A DNA stretch of 64,000 nucleotides from an uncultured Poribacteria bacterium (GTDB taxonomy: Bacteria > Poribacteria > WGA-4E > WGA-3G). Each line of letters starts with the position of its first letter. Positions within the stretch are counted from its first letter, which is position 1. A model generated the notes under the pieces. That model saw only the letters and a list, made by a program, of their open reading frames with translations, did no database searches and had not been told where the DNA came from. Position numbers and translations under genes: made by a program. Location of the stretch: assembly GCA_958296135.2 (NCBI GenBank), contig CATQHZ020000001.1, forward strand, positions 3,360,001 through 3,424,000, in the 5' to 3' direction. Positions 1-10,501 of this stretch are shown one piece after another.

Positions 1-742
1 CGTTATGCGCAATTTGCACGAGGTTGTCCAATTTCGTCCCGCGCTTGATGTGCGTCACCGCGAGCGTTGCCCTGTCAATGGTAGTATTCGCGCCGATCTC
101 AACGTCGTCCTCAATGATAACCGTGCCGATCTGCGGGATTTTGTGGTGCAGCGGCGTGCTTTTCTCACGGCGTGTGCCGACCGGCGCGAAGCCGAACCCA
201 TCACTCCCTATGACCGCGCCGCAGTGAATAATCACCCGGTCGCCGATAGTTACCTCCTCGCGGATGTTGACGTGAGGGTAAATTAACCCATCGGCTCCGA
301 TTTTGCTGCCTTCGCCGATATAGACGAACGGCTGGATGACGGTACCCTCGCCGATTTCAACGTTGTCGCCGATGACAGCGAACGCTTGGATGGCGACGCG
401 CTCTCCAAGTTTCACATTCTTCCCGATAATCGCTGTCTCATCAACACCGGGGAGGGCCCGATGGTTTTTGTCCCACGCGAACATCTCCAAGACCTGGACA
501 AATGCCCAGTAGGGGTTCTCCACGCGGATAGTCGGCATTCCGTTGCTGGCGACATCGCGGCCGATGATAATCGCTGCCGCCTTCGTTGTCGCTATAGCGG
601 CGAGATACTTCGGGTTCGCGACGAAGGTAATCTGCGTCGGACAGGCCTCTTTAATCCCCGAAACGCCGCTAATCTCAATCTCACCGTCTCCGGATAACTC
701 GCCGCCCAACTCTTTACAAATTTGCTTGAGTTTGATACGCAT
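1..742 (-). CDS. lpxD: UDP-3-O-acylglucosamine N-acyltransferase (partial, runs off the window)
   Basis: Not in the ORF track. Manual translation from ATG at 742 gives [30 protein letters not shown]...[10 protein letters not shown]...hexapeptide repeats...[11 protein letters not shown]...[25 protein letters not shown]...[12 protein letters not shown]. Lies downstream of bamA-skp. Confidence 0.95.
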   Translation of the reverse strand, partial: MRIKLKQICKELGGELSGDGEIEISGVSGIKEACPTQITFVANPKYLAAIATTKAAAIIIGRDVASNGMPTIRVENPYWAFVQVLEMFAWDKNHRALPGVDETAIIGKNVKLGERVAIQAFAVIGDNVEIGEGTVIQPFVYIGEGSKIGADGLIYPHVNIREEVTIGDRVIIHCGAVIGSDGFGFAPVGTRREKSTPLHHKIPQIGTVIIEDDVEIGANTTIDRATLAVTHIKRGTKLDNLVQIAHN

Positions 743-858
743 TTTTTTGAATCGCTTCTTCTGTTGTTGCAGGAATCCACAGCAATGAGTGGAAAAACGT
801 CACTCGAAAAAGGGACGTTATTTTCTCCAACCATACGAAAAATTCACCACGCACCGGG

Positions 859-1404
859 CTACTCGGTGTTTTCGTTTAACGAGCCTATCAACCGCTGTGT
901 GAGATCGTGTTTTTCGTCCACATAAAGCACAACGAGCCCCTTTTCAAGGATAATGTCGTAGTCGTCCGCTTCACCGACTTCAATAATCCGGTCGCGGATC
1001 TCCTTGTAAATGGGTTCCATTAGTTCCTTCTCTTTGTTCAGCAGGCCCTGTTGGCTTTCCTGAGCCTTCCGCTGGTATTCCTGCTGTTTTCGGAGAATTT
1101 CCGCCTCCAGATCCGCTGTCTGCGCCTCCTCAACGAAGAGCTGCGTTTTCGCCTTTTTGTCTCGAAGGCTCCGGATTTCGTCCTCTAGCGCATTCAGGCT
1201 CTCCTCTAGGCGGCCCCCATACACTTGGAGGGTTCCAATAGCCGCCTTCGCTTTCTCATACCCCTCCAGCACCTTTTGCGTATTGACTACGCCGAGTTTA
1301 AAGGCCTCCTGGCCGATACTGCCAGAAATGAGGCAGAAAGAGGCGATTAAAACAATTAACATTGATAGGCGTGCTTTGGCAGCACGCGACCCAAGTGATT
1401 TCAT
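859..1404 (-). CDS. skp: OmpH/Skp periplasmic chaperone
   Basis: Signal peptide, KLGVVNTQKVL, long coiled coil, YDIILEK...VLYVDEKHDLT. Sits between bamA and lpxD. Start placed at ATG 1404 (ORF open from 1473). Confidence 0.88.
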   Translation of the reverse strand: MKSLGSRAAKARLSMLIVLIASFCLISGSIGQEAFKLGVVNTQKVLEGYEKAKAAIGTLQVYGGRLEESLNALEDEIRSLRDKKAKTQLFVEEAQTADLEAEILRKQQEYQRKAQESQQGLLNKEKELMEPIYKEIRDRIIEVGEADDYDIILEKGLVVLYVDEKHDLTQRLIGSLNENTE

Positions 1405-1593
1405 TTTTTGTATTTCCTTTCGGTGACTCAGCTCCCTCCTGGGAGGGAACAGTTGTCGGGTTGAATCCTTCATCGTCGTTGACGATGACTACATTTTCGG
1501 TGCCAAAACTTAGCGAAGGCATCCCCCACGTCAGCGGATGCGCATGGCAAGTTTCCCCGCCAAGGCATCTCTATCAAACGCTCGGGGTCAAGC

Positions 1594-4071
1594 CTAAAAG
1601 CCGGGGCCCACTGTGAAATGGAATTTGCCGGCCGGTTCTCCCGTAATCCGATCCAAGCCGTAGCCCCAGCCGAGTCGCACGAGCATGCCGAGCATCGTAA
1701 AACGGGCCTCAGCACCGACTGAGCGTTTCAGGTTGATTTCACGAAAGACGTTTGTCGTGCTCTCATCCCACACCTGTCCGATGTCAAAGAATAGTGCCGC
1801 CGTAAGTTGCGGGGAAACGGGAACGCGATATTCAAAGTTGGCGAAGAATACTTTATCTCCACCGTACGGGTTTAAACTATCGGGGTAAATCTCCCAATCC
1901 TCGTAGCCGCGAAGCGTATCCACACCACCGAGGAAGAAGCGTTCATAGAAGAGGAAATACGCGTCATTGCTTTTACTGCGCATGTAACCGGCACGGGCGT
2001 GCGCCGCAAAGACGTGATTCCACCACGGGCTGTAGAACCAACTAGTGTCCGCCGAGTATTTCTGGAACTGGTTGTCCGCACCCAAAATGCCGCCTGAATA
2101 TTCATAAGAGAGCGTATTCAGAGAGCCGGCTGTCGGGTCAAACACCGAAGTGCGGTAATCGCGGGTGTCCCTGCCCACAGCGAACAGAATACTTCGCGTC
2201 GACCGGTCAACGATTTGTTCGTCCGGATTGTGTGCTTCAACCGCTTCGTTACGGAAGCGGACGGACAGGTCGATGTCTTGCGTAATCGGGTGCCCAAGCG
2301 TCACAGAAGCCCCTCTTCTGCCCCAAACATACCGGTCGTACGAGTATAAGCTCCCTGCGCGACGCAGTGCAGAACCGACTGTGCCGTAGTAGCGGCGGAA
2401 GCGGCGGTTATCGTAAAGCCGTGCGTTCAGCCGCGTCGGGGTACCTAAAATCCACGGCGTTCCGAAACTGAGCTCGGCAGTGTGATGGTCGCGGGTGCCG
2501 AGCTCGCCTTTGACATGCAAGCGGTAGGCGCGCCCTCGGAAATTATTTTGTCCAACTTCGGCCACGCCGAAGATGCCGCCTTCGCTACCGTAACCGCCCC
2601 CGAGGCTCAGCATGCCAGTGCGCGGTGTCTCCGCGATGTTCACCCTGAGGTCCTTCCGATTTTCGTCGGCAGTATCGCTTGGGACAAAGTCAACGGCACG
2701 AATGAAGGAGCCCATTTGAAACAACCGTTGCCGCGCTTTCCGCAAGGATTTGACATCCAGCAACTCTTCGGATTTAATCTTCAACCAATCTAACTCGCGT
2801 TTGACGACGTGCTCCTTCGTTTTTTCCAACCCAGTAATCACGACTTTATTGATGATGATGATGTCCCCCTCGTTGATGTTCAGGGTGATGTTCACGACAC
2901 CGTTCACTTCATCAAACACGGGAATTGGCACGACTTCCGAGAGTAGGTAGCCTTTGTCAAGATAAGCCTGCTGCAGTTTTCCGATGGATTCATCGAAAGT
3001 GCCGCGGTTGAAAATTTCGCCTTCCGCCGGGTCAAGCATCCGGCGAATCTTTTTTTCTGAGAAGACTGCCTTTGCACCGGACTCCACTTCAAGGGTATAC
3101 GCGCCGATCACAAACTCGGGGCCTTCATCCACGGTGATGTCCAAAATCAGCCCGGTCTTGTCCTCCGTGAACCGCTTTTCATGTCCCAGGACTTTCACCT
3201 GTGCAAATCCCCGGTCTTGATAGTAGTTTCGGAGGTTGAGCGCTAAGTCTTCCTCTTCAAACAGCATCTGATCGAAGGGTTTGCCGGTGCGTGTCTTGAG
3301 CTGCTTTCGCAACTTGTTGACAGAAACGCGTTTATTCCCAATGAAGTTAATCTCCTCAATCCTGACGCGAGGGCCCTCATTGATCTCAAAGGTGACCTGG
3401 ATTGTTTTGGCTGCGCGGGTTTCTCCATCCGTAGGTTCCGCCTTGCTCTTTTCGTCCGGTTCAGTGTCGGTAACCTCCTCGGTGTTGAGGGGGCGGATGT
3501 GGGTTTGGATGCTCACCAAGTAGTAGCCCTTTTCGTGGTAGAGCTGCTTGAGCACGCGCTCGCTCTCCCACTGCCGCCGTTCGCTATAAATTTCGGCAGT
3601 CCGGAACGTCAACTTATCCTTGAGTTTGCCGGCACTCAACTCTTCATTGCCGATAAAGTTGATGTCGCCAATCTTCGGGCTTTCAACCACGTTGTAGATA
3701 ACCTCTAGCCCGCCATCCTTAATGGATTCCACCGCCACCGAGATGTCGGAGAAAAAGCCGGTATCCTTGTAGAGGCTCTCAATGTCCTTCGTGAGCAGTT
3801 CCTGAGAAATTTCCTGCCCGACGTGCGTCTGAATGAGCGTCCGCAACATCTCCTCAGACGTGGTGTGAACCCCCTTAAAGGAGACCTTTCTAACGACAAG
3901 CCTCTCGTCAACTGCGGATGGGGCGGGCTCTTCCGATGCGACGGTAGGTTCCGGAGCGGCTTGCACTGCCTGTTCTTCGGCATACACCGTGCCAACGCTT
4001 AGCCCGGCGATGACGAAAAAGGATAGGCAAAGCGCAGTGATTTGGGTTAACATGTCTCTTCTTTCATCCAT
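1594..4071 (-). CDS. bamA: Outer membrane protein assembly factor BamA
   Basis: Five POTRA-like repeats, ERFFLGGVDTLRGY barrel motif, C-terminal Phe, canonical synteny. Confidence 0.95.
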   Translation of the reverse strand: MDERRDMLTQITALCLSFFVIAGLSVGTVYAEEQAVQAAPEPTVASEEPAPSAVDERLVVRKVSFKGVHTTSEEMLRTLIQTHVGQEISQELLTKDIESLYKDTGFFSDISVAVESIKDGGLEVIYNVVESPKIGDINFIGNEELSAGKLKDKLTFRTAEIYSERRQWESERVLKQLYHEKGYYLVSIQTHIRPLNTEEVTDTEPDEKSKAEPTDGETRAAKTIQVTFEINEGPRVRIEEINFIGNKRVSVNKLRKQLKTRTGKPFDQMLFEEEDLALNLRNYYQDRGFAQVKVLGHEKRFTEDKTGLILDITVDEGPEFVIGAYTLEVESGAKAVFSEKKIRRMLDPAEGEIFNRGTFDESIGKLQQAYLDKGYLLSEVVPIPVFDEVNGVVNITLNINEGDIIIINKVVITGLEKTKEHVVKRELDWLKIKSEELLDVKSLRKARQRLFQMGSFIRAVDFVPSDTADENRKDLRVNIAETPRTGMLSLGGGYGSEGGIFGVAEVGQNNFRGRAYRLHVKGELGTRDHHTAELSFGTPWILGTPTRLNARLYDNRRFRRYYGTVGSALRRAGSLYSYDRYVWGRRGASVTLGHPITQDIDLSVRFRNEAVEAHNPDEQIVDRSTRSILFAVGRDTRDYRTSVFDPTAGSLNTLSYEYSGGILGADNQFQKYSADTSWFYSPWWNHVFAAHARAGYMRSKSNDAYFLFYERFFLGGVDTLRGYEDWEIYPDSLNPYGGDKVFFANFEYRVPVSPQLTAALFFDIGQVWDESTTNVFREINLKRSVGAEARFTMLGMLVRLGWGYGLDRITGEPAGKFHFTVGPGF

Positions 4072-4121
4072 TTTCTTTCCTCCTATGCAGCGGTTTTCAG
4101 CGGCGGCGTTTTTGCATGGCG

Positions 4122-4152
4122 AGAGACAGTCAGAGACAGTCAGAGACAGTCA
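4122..4152. repeat. 10-bp tandem repeat (AGAGACAGTC x3)
   Basis: Directly visible between ilvE and bamA. Confidence 0.85.
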
Positions 4153-4180
4153 CTCGCCGTGTGGTATAGTGGCAGCGCGC

Positions 4181-5053
4181 CTACACGTAAATCGGCGTTC
4201 CGGTGCTGTTCGCCAACTGCCGGAATGCAGCCATAAGTTTCTGTGTCACGGCTCCGGGCTGCCCATCTCCGATGACACGTCTGTCGATGTTGACAACAGG
4301 GATAACCTCGGCTGCCGTGCCGGTTAGGAAGCACTCGTCTGCAATGTAGAGCGCGTGCCGTGTAAAGATGCGTTCTTCTACCTGCATGCCCGCGTCGCGC
4401 GCCAATTCGATGACGCTGTTCCGCGTAACGCCTTCTAAAATGCCGATGTGGACAGGCGGCGTGACAAGCACCCCGTTTTTCACCCAAAAGATATTATCGC
4501 CGCTGCACTCCACGACATAGCCATCGGCGTTGAGCATTAGCACCTCAACCGCCCCGGCTTGCTTCCCCTCAATTTTCGCCAAGATGTTATTGAGGTAGTT
4601 CAGCGACTTGATTCGGGGATTGATAGCTTCCGGATAATTCCGTCGGATTGAGGTGGTTACGATATCCAACCCCTCTTCATAAAAATTTTGTGGATAGAGG
4701 GTGATCTTATCTGCAATAATAATGATAGTGGGGTTCGGGCACTTGTCCGGGTCTAACCCCAGATCGCCGACACCGCGGGTGACGATCAAACGAATATAAG
4801 CCTCATGGAGGTTATTTCGACGGAGTGTCTCCAGTACCGTCTCCTTCATGGTTTCAATAGGAGTCGGAATCTGTAGCATAATGGATTTGGCAGAGTCGTA
4901 GAGTCGTTCGAGGTGTTCATCGAGTTTAAAGACGCGTCCGTTGTAGGAGCGGATGCCCTCAAAAACGCCGTCGCCGTAGAGCAACCCGTGGTCGAACACG
5001 GAAACTTTGGCTTCAGCCTGCGGTAAAAATTCTCCATCGATATAAATCAACAT
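4181..5053 (-). CDS. ilvE: Branched-chain amino acid aminotransferase
   Basis: HGLLYGDGVFEGIRSY, KSLNYLNN (PLP Lys), ILEGVTR, FLTGTAAEV. ATG 5053 has an SD. Confidence 0.93.
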   Translation of the reverse strand: MLIYIDGEFLPQAEAKVSVFDHGLLYGDGVFEGIRSYNGRVFKLDEHLERLYDSAKSIMLQIPTPIETMKETVLETLRRNNLHEAYIRLIVTRGVGDLGLDPDKCPNPTIIIIADKITLYPQNFYEEGLDIVTTSIRRNYPEAINPRIKSLNYLNNILAKIEGKQAGAVEVLMLNADGYVVECSGDNIFWVKNGVLVTPPVHIGILEGVTRNSVIELARDAGMQVEERIFTRHALYIADECFLTGTAAEVIPVVNIDRRVIGDGQPGAVTQKLMAAFRQLANSTGTPIYV

Positions 5054-5169
5054 AAATCCTTCCTTCAAACCGGTAGGCGCGAGCTCGCGAACACGCCGTC
5101 TACCTTCCTATTTATTCTGATGTTGAGCCTGATTGCAGAAAATAACGTCTCCTTTCCAGTGACGTTTTT

Positions 5170-5928
5170 CTACCACTTGCCAGCAGTACTGATTTTTCCA
5201 TCGACGAGGTGAACAGTTCTGTCAGCCCGCTCGGCGAGTTCCTTATTGTGTGTGACGATAACGAACGTCTGCCCGGCTTGCGCGTTCATAAGCCATAAAA
5301 GTTCTAACACCGCCTCGCTACTGCGCGAGTCCAGATTGCCTGTCGGTTCATCAGCGAGGACAACTTGGGGTTGATTCATCAGCGCGCGTGCGATTGCGAC
5401 ACGCTGCCGTTCGCCGCCGGAGAGTTGGCTCGGGTAGTGTTCCTGCCGTTCGGAGAGTCCGACGTAGGCGAGCAACTCTTGCGCCCTCGTATAAACGCTG
5501 CGCGTATCGTAACATGAGGCAATCTCCTTCGCCTTGTCCGTATGTGGGTGTACCGAACTTTGTTGGGTAACTCCCCCGAGAATCGCGCTCATTGCAACGT
5601 TTTCAAGCGCGGTAAATTCCGGCAGCAGATGATGAAACTGAAAGACAAAGCCGATGTGCTCGTTCCGGAACCGGGCGAGTGCCTTATCGGGAAAAGTGAA
5701 GATGTCCTGTTCTTCGTAAAAGACAGTTCCTGCTGTCGGCCGGTCCAGCGCGCCGAGGATATGGAGGAGTGTGCTTTTGCCCACGCCGGATGCGCCGACG
5801 ATGGCAAGCATCTCCGAAGGACGTACCATGAAATCCACGCCTTGCAGCACTGGAAGTTCTGCTTCGCCATCATAGTAGGATTTGTGTAAATCCTTAATGC
5901 GGATGAGTGCTTCTCGCGAGTGTGTCAC
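5170..5928 (-). CDS. lolD: Lipoprotein-releasing ABC transporter ATP-binding protein
   Basis: GASGVGKSTLLH, GFVFQFHHLLPEFTALENV, LSGGERQRVAIARAL, DEPTGNLD. Confidence 0.92.
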   Translation of the reverse strand: MTHSREALIRIKDLHKSYYDGEAELPVLQGVDFMVRPSEMLAIVGASGVGKSTLLHILGALDRPTAGTVFYEEQDIFTFPDKALARFRNEHIGFVFQFHHLLPEFTALENVAMSAILGGVTQQSSVHPHTDKAKEIASCYDTRSVYTRAQELLAYVGLSERQEHYPSQLSGGERQRVAIARALMNQPQVVLADEPTGNLDSRSSEAVLELLWLMNAQAGQTFVIVTHNKELAERADRTVHLVDGKISTAGKW

Positions 5929-5991
5929 ACTGTCTCCCTATTTACGACTGACACGGACAGGGACAGGCCCTGTCCCTACCAGAAGAGCAAA

Positions 5992-7452
5992 TTATTCGTG
6001 TTGCAACGCCTCAACCGGATTCAGATTCGCCGCCTGCCATGCCGGGTAGAGCGTTGCCAGCCAGCAAATCAGGAACGATAGCGCGTTGATGAAACCGACA
6101 AAGAACCAATTCACCTTTATCGGCAACTGATTCATCTGATAAATTTGGCTGAGCCCTAACTCCACCAGTGAAATCGGCTTGACGAAACAATAAAGCCCAA
6201 ACCCTATTGAAACGAGCCAGAAGAGCCATAACGCCATTTTAAAACCGCCCGGTCTCGGTGTAATCCGCCGCAACGCAATCAGCACTTGTAACAAAACAGG
6301 CATAGCGACGATGAGGGCCCACCACGGGGACGGCCGAAGACTGTTGGAACTGAGGAGCCAACAGAGCGTGAGTCCCAATCCTGTGCCGAGCAGTGTGCCA
6401 AGTATTCCGATAACGCTTCCCTGAATCATGAAGATGCCCATAATGCTCCCACGTGAGGCACCGAGCGTGCGGAACGTGCCAACGTCCCTCGTCTTCTCCA
6501 TGACAGTCATAATGAGCGTGCTTGCGATGTTAAAAGCCGCCACTAAAATAATGAGTGCTTCAATGACGACTGTGAGCGTCTTCTCTAACCGCAGTGCGGC
6601 GAAGAGGGGCGCGTGCACCTCCATCCACGTTCGCGCTATCGGGAGTCCCTCTAAAACAGAAAATTGCACCGTGTCCGTAATCCGTGGTGCCGCCTGAGGT
6701 GCCACTTCCGCGTCACGTAGCCGGACAAAGATGGCGTTGACACGATTGGCTCTGTTATACAATTTCTGCGCCGCCGCGATGTGAATAAACCCAAAGCTGT
6801 TGTCGTAAACCGCCAATTCCGATTCATACAACCCGATGACGACGAAGTTGGAGAGATCTGGGATGAACGTATCTGGGTTTATCGGATGTTCCTGAAGTTC
6901 CACGACGAGCCGCAAGATATCGCCTTTGACGATACCGAGCCGGTCTGCCAGGCGCGCGCCGAGCACGATGCCGCCGGTTACCGTATTATCGCTCAAGCGT
7001 TCTGCCTTTGCAATGAGAGGCGAATTCTGGAAGTCAACGGAGCCTGCCACAAATCGTGAGAAGCCTGTCACTATGTCTTCTTTCGCCGGTTCAATGCCTT
7101 TGATGTGAATCACGTCCTGAATTCTTTTGCTATGTTCAGGAAAAACGGCGACTTGTGAGTAAACCACCGGGGATGCGGCGACGACTTCGTCAAGTGCCTC
7201 AATTTGTGCAATGCGTTGTGTGTACCCTCCAAAAAAATCGCTACCGTGTAGCATCAACACGACGTGTGCCTCATTCGCGAGGAAGCGTTCCTTGAGGCCG
7301 TGCTCAACGCCGTTTAGAACGGCAATCGCCAGAATCACGGTTGCCACACCGAGCGCGACACCGCCGATCGAGATGATACTGATGAGCGAGATAAAGGACT
7401 GCTTTCGCCGCGAACGAAGGTATCGCGAGGCGACAAACCATTCAAATTTCAT
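5992..7452 (-). CDS. lolE: Lipoprotein-releasing ABC transporter permease LolC/E
   Basis: RYLRSRRKQSFISLIS, AAFNIASTLIMTVMEK, ATLYPAWQAA..PVEAL. Confidence 0.9.
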   Translation of the reverse strand: MKFEWFVASRYLRSRRKQSFISLISIISIGGVALGVATVILAIAVLNGVEHGLKERFLANEAHVVLMLHGSDFFGGYTQRIAQIEALDEVVAASPVVYSQVAVFPEHSKRIQDVIHIKGIEPAKEDIVTGFSRFVAGSVDFQNSPLIAKAERLSDNTVTGGIVLGARLADRLGIVKGDILRLVVELQEHPINPDTFIPDLSNFVVIGLYESELAVYDNSFGFIHIAAAQKLYNRANRVNAIFVRLRDAEVAPQAAPRITDTVQFSVLEGLPIARTWMEVHAPLFAALRLEKTLTVVIEALIILVAAFNIASTLIMTVMEKTRDVGTFRTLGASRGSIMGIFMIQGSVIGILGTLLGTGLGLTLCWLLSSNSLRPSPWWALIVAMPVLLQVLIALRRITPRPGGFKMALWLFWLVSIGFGLYCFVKPISLVELGLSQIYQMNQLPIKVNWFFVGFINALSFLICWLATLYPAWQAANLNPVEALQHE

Positions 7453-7463
7453 ATTTTTTGGCG

Positions 7464-8261
7464 TTATCCCTCGATTTCCGCCCGGAGTCGCTCGAGTTCT
7501 GCTAAAGCCTGTTCAAGTTGGGCTTCGGCATCTTTGCGTGCGCGTGCCTCTTGCTGGGCTTGTGCCTCGGCATCTTTGCGTGCGCGTGCCTCTTGCTGGG
7601 CTTGTGCCTCGGCATCTTTGGCGCGCCCAAGGGCATCTTCGGCGAGATTCACGGCTTCTACCGCACGCGCCTCTGCTTCTAGCGCGCGTTCACTTGGCGG
7701 CTGCAACCACCGCCGCGCCCGAGCATCGTAAAAGCGCAAACCTTCGGGACGCTCACCCAATTCCAACCCCAGAACCGCGGACTTCAACCGGCCATCCACA
7801 AACGGTATCTCTTCATACGTATCGCCGACGAGCCGATACCCGATGAGCGGATGCTCAACGACACCATACGGAATGTAGAGATAATATTCTTGCACGCCGA
7901 GAAGAGACGCGTAAATCGCCTTCTTCCTACCCTGGTCCTGCCGATAGGTGCCGAGGCTGCCTACCTCCAACACAAAAGCCGGTGCGCGCCGTTCTTGCTC
8001 AATAACATAGAATCGCCGCTGTTTTTTCGAGACACCGTGAACGACGAAGACATCCGGCGCGACCATCTTCATTTTGACACCATCTCGGTAGTAGACGAAA
8101 AGATTGCCCGAGACATAGACATTCGGCGCGGCCGAGAAGTGCTCTTTAAGCGTCTCAATGCAATCCACCATTAAGTCGCGATGCAAGTCAGTTTCAGCCA
8201 TAGGCTTCCCATCCGATTCCGGATAGTCAAGGGTGGGTGCAGACTGGATTTTTCGCTGCAT
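7464..8261 (-). CDS. Uma2/DUF820 family putative endonuclease with coiled-coil tail
   Basis: YPESDGKPMAETDLH, APDVFVV, FVLEVGS, GVQEYYLY. C-terminal 14-aa repeats. Start at ATG 8261. Confidence 0.9.
   Translation of the reverse strand: MQRKIQSAPTLDYPESDGKPMAETDLHRDLMVDCIETLKEHFSAAPNVYVSGNLFVYYRDGVKMKMVAPDVFVVHGVSKKQRRFYVIEQERRAPAFVLEVGSLGTYRQDQGRKKAIYASLLGVQEYYLYIPYGVVEHPLIGYRLVGDTYEEIPFVDGRLKSAVLGLELGERPEGLRFYDARARRWLQPPSERALEAEARAVEAVNLAEDALGRAKDAEAQAQQEARARKDAEAQAQQEARARKDAEAQLEQALAELERLRAEIEG
7527..7619. repeat. 42-bp coding tandem repeat (~2.2 copies) in the Uma2 tail
   Basis: KDAEAQAQQEARAR repeated with identical DNA. Confidence 0.85.
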
Positions 8262-8300
8262 TATTTCCCCTCCTAGCATTGTTCTACGCGCTTCCGACGC

Positions 8301-8855
8301 TCACGGGCGCGCACAAACAAAATCACGTTTGAGTATACCATAGAGGATAGACGCTTCAAAAACGCCGCACCGTTTGACCTCTCTCGGAGAGTCCCTCTCA
8401 TAACGCATCCCTATCTTCTGCATCACGCGTCCAGAAGCAGGATTCCGTTTGAAGTGGTAAGCGTAAATCCGATTGAGACAGAGCTCTTGAAACCCGTATG
8501 CGAGTATAGCACGCGCCGCTTCGGTGCAATAACCACGGTTCCAATAAGGTTTTCCTACCCAATAGCCGAGTTCGCCGGTTCCGGGAGCGTCCTTAATCCC
8601 AAGTCCAATCGCGCCAATTAGAGTTCCCTCCTGTCGGCGTGTTATCGCGAAAGTTGCGCCTGCGCCCTTTTCAAACTGCTCGTGGCAGGAACTAATCCAC
8701 TCTTCTGCCACACCATCTTCGTAAGGGTGCGGCATGCTACACGTCATATCGGCGATGTCACGTTCCCCGGCGAGGCGTTGCACATCCGCCGCGTCCGCAA
8801 GCGTCAACGGACGTAGTGTGAGTCTATCGGTGTGGCGTGTCGGTTGCGTTTTCAT
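8301..8855 (-). CDS. GNAT N-acetyltransferase, RimJ/RimL family
   Basis: TDRLTLRPL, ELGYWVGKPYWNRGY, NPASGRVMQKIGM. Confidence 0.9.
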   Translation of the reverse strand: MKTQPTRHTDRLTLRPLTLADAADVQRLAGERDIADMTCSMPHPYEDGVAEEWISSCHEQFEKGAGATFAITRRQEGTLIGAIGLGIKDAPGTGELGYWVGKPYWNRGYCTEAARAILAYGFQELCLNRIYAYHFKRNPASGRVMQKIGMRYERDSPREVKRCGVFEASILYGILKRDFVCARP

Positions 8856-10331
8856 TTAACTCTCCGGTCGCATCTGTGGAAACAGAATGACATCCCGAAT
8901 GGAGTATTGGTTTGTGAGCAACATCGTGAGCCGGTCAATCCCGATGCCGAGGCCGCCGGTGGGTGGCATACCGTATTCCAAAGCGCGGAGGTAATCTTCG
9001 TCCAACATGAACGCCTCTTCGTCGCCATTCTCTAACCGATTTGCCTGCTCAATGAAGCGTTGACGCTGATCGACCGGGTCATTTAGTTCGCTAAAGGCGT
9101 TGCCAACTTCCATGCCACTGATGAAAAATTCAAAGCGTTCCACGAATGCGGGATTATCGGGCTTTTTCTTCGCGAACGGAGATACCTCAATCGGGTAATC
9201 GGTGATGAACGTCGGCTGAATCAGTTTCGGTTCGACGAACGCGTCGAAGAGCTCGGCAATGATTTCCCCCTTGGATTCATCACCGGCCAAAGCAACCCCG
9301 GCGTTGACAGCCTCCGAGTAAAGTGCATCGGCGGACAGCGCCCCCGGGTCGAGGTTTTCGCTATGCTCCCGAATAGACTCTATCATAGTGAGTCTGCGCC
9401 AGGGCGGCGTGAAATCGATTTCATGCTCCTGATAGGGAATTTTGGTTGTGCCGTGGATGCGCGCCACCGTATTCGCGATGAGTGTCTCTGTCAACGCCAT
9501 TATCTGGCGATAGTCGGCGTAAGCCTGATAGAGTTCCAGCATTGTAAATTCAGGGTTGTGGTCCCTGTCCATGCCTTCATTTCGGAAGTCGCGCGAGAAT
9601 TCGTAAACCCTGTCAAACCCGCCGACGATGAGCCTTTTGAGATAGAGCTCGTTTGCGATGCGCAAATAGAGGGACTGCGCCAGCGTATGGTGATACGTCG
9701 TGAAAGGGCGCGCGCTTGCGCCACCGTAGATAGGTTGGAGCACCGGTGTCTCCACTTCAATAAAATTTTGCGCGTTGAGCATGTCCCGAATCGCTTGGAC
9801 AATTTGTGTCCGCTTGATAAAGACGTTCTTTACCTCCGGGTTCATGATGAGATCGGCGTAACGTTGCCGATAGCGCGTCTGTTTGTCTTGCAAACCGTGC
9901 CATTTTTCGGGTAGGGGCCGGAGCGATTTGGAGAGCAGCTGCACCGCGTCAACGAGGACGGTGAGTTCCCCGGTGCGCGTCCGGAAAACCACGCCCTCAA
10001 CCCCGATGATGTCGCCGACATCAAAGCGTCGATAAATCAGATAAGGTTCCGCGCCGACTTTGTCGCGGCGGACGTAAATCTGGATGCGCCCCTCGCTGTC
10101 TTGTAGGTGCGCGAAGCTGCTTTTGCCGTGGTCGCGCTTCGTCATGATGCGGCCGGCGAGTCGGATGCGTTGCGTTTCGTCAGGTGTCTCTTGCGTCTCG
10201 GCGAAGTCTCGGTGAACCACCGATGTGGTGTGCGTCGGTTCGTATTTATGCGGATACGGCTCCACGCCGAATTCGCGAATCTCGTGCAATTTGTCGCGCC
10301 GCTGCTGAATTAGAGCCTTTGTTTCTTCCAA
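8856..10331 (-). CDS. lysS: Lysine--tRNA ligase (class II)
   Basis: RYRQRYADL, YLRIANELYLKRL, FRNEG, HNPEFTMLE, GMPPTGGLGIGIDRL. Confidence 0.97.
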   Translation of the reverse strand: MEETKALIQQRRDKLHEIREFGVEPYPHKYEPTHTTSVVHRDFAETQETPDETQRIRLAGRIMTKRDHGKSSFAHLQDSEGRIQIYVRRDKVGAEPYLIYRRFDVGDIIGVEGVVFRTRTGELTVLVDAVQLLSKSLRPLPEKWHGLQDKQTRYRQRYADLIMNPEVKNVFIKRTQIVQAIRDMLNAQNFIEVETPVLQPIYGGASARPFTTYHHTLAQSLYLRIANELYLKRLIVGGFDRVYEFSRDFRNEGMDRDHNPEFTMLELYQAYADYRQIMALTETLIANTVARIHGTTKIPYQEHEIDFTPPWRRLTMIESIREHSENLDPGALSADALYSEAVNAGVALAGDESKGEIIAELFDAFVEPKLIQPTFITDYPIEVSPFAKKKPDNPAFVERFEFFISGMEVGNAFSELNDPVDQRQRFIEQANRLENGDEEAFMLDEDYLRALEYGMPPTGGLGIGIDRLTMLLTNQYSIRDVILFPQMRPES

Positions 10332-10363
10332 CGGTTCTTCCTCCTTTCCTTTTGGCTGTTTTA

Positions 10364-10392
10364 ATTATACCTTAATTTTCGTGATAAGTCAA
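10364..10392 (-). promoter_or_regulatory. Sigma70-type promoter for the lysS-lol-bamA run
   Basis: TTGACT-17 bp-TATAAT on the minus strand. Confidence 0.7.
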
Positions 10393-10501
10393 CCGAAAAA
10401 TTTGCGATGTCTGTTTTCACGGGCTGCGAGCGGTTTTTGGTTCTTCACGGCACGGCGAGGAACAGGTTTCCCTCGCCCTACGGTTCATCAAGGTTTTTCG
10501 G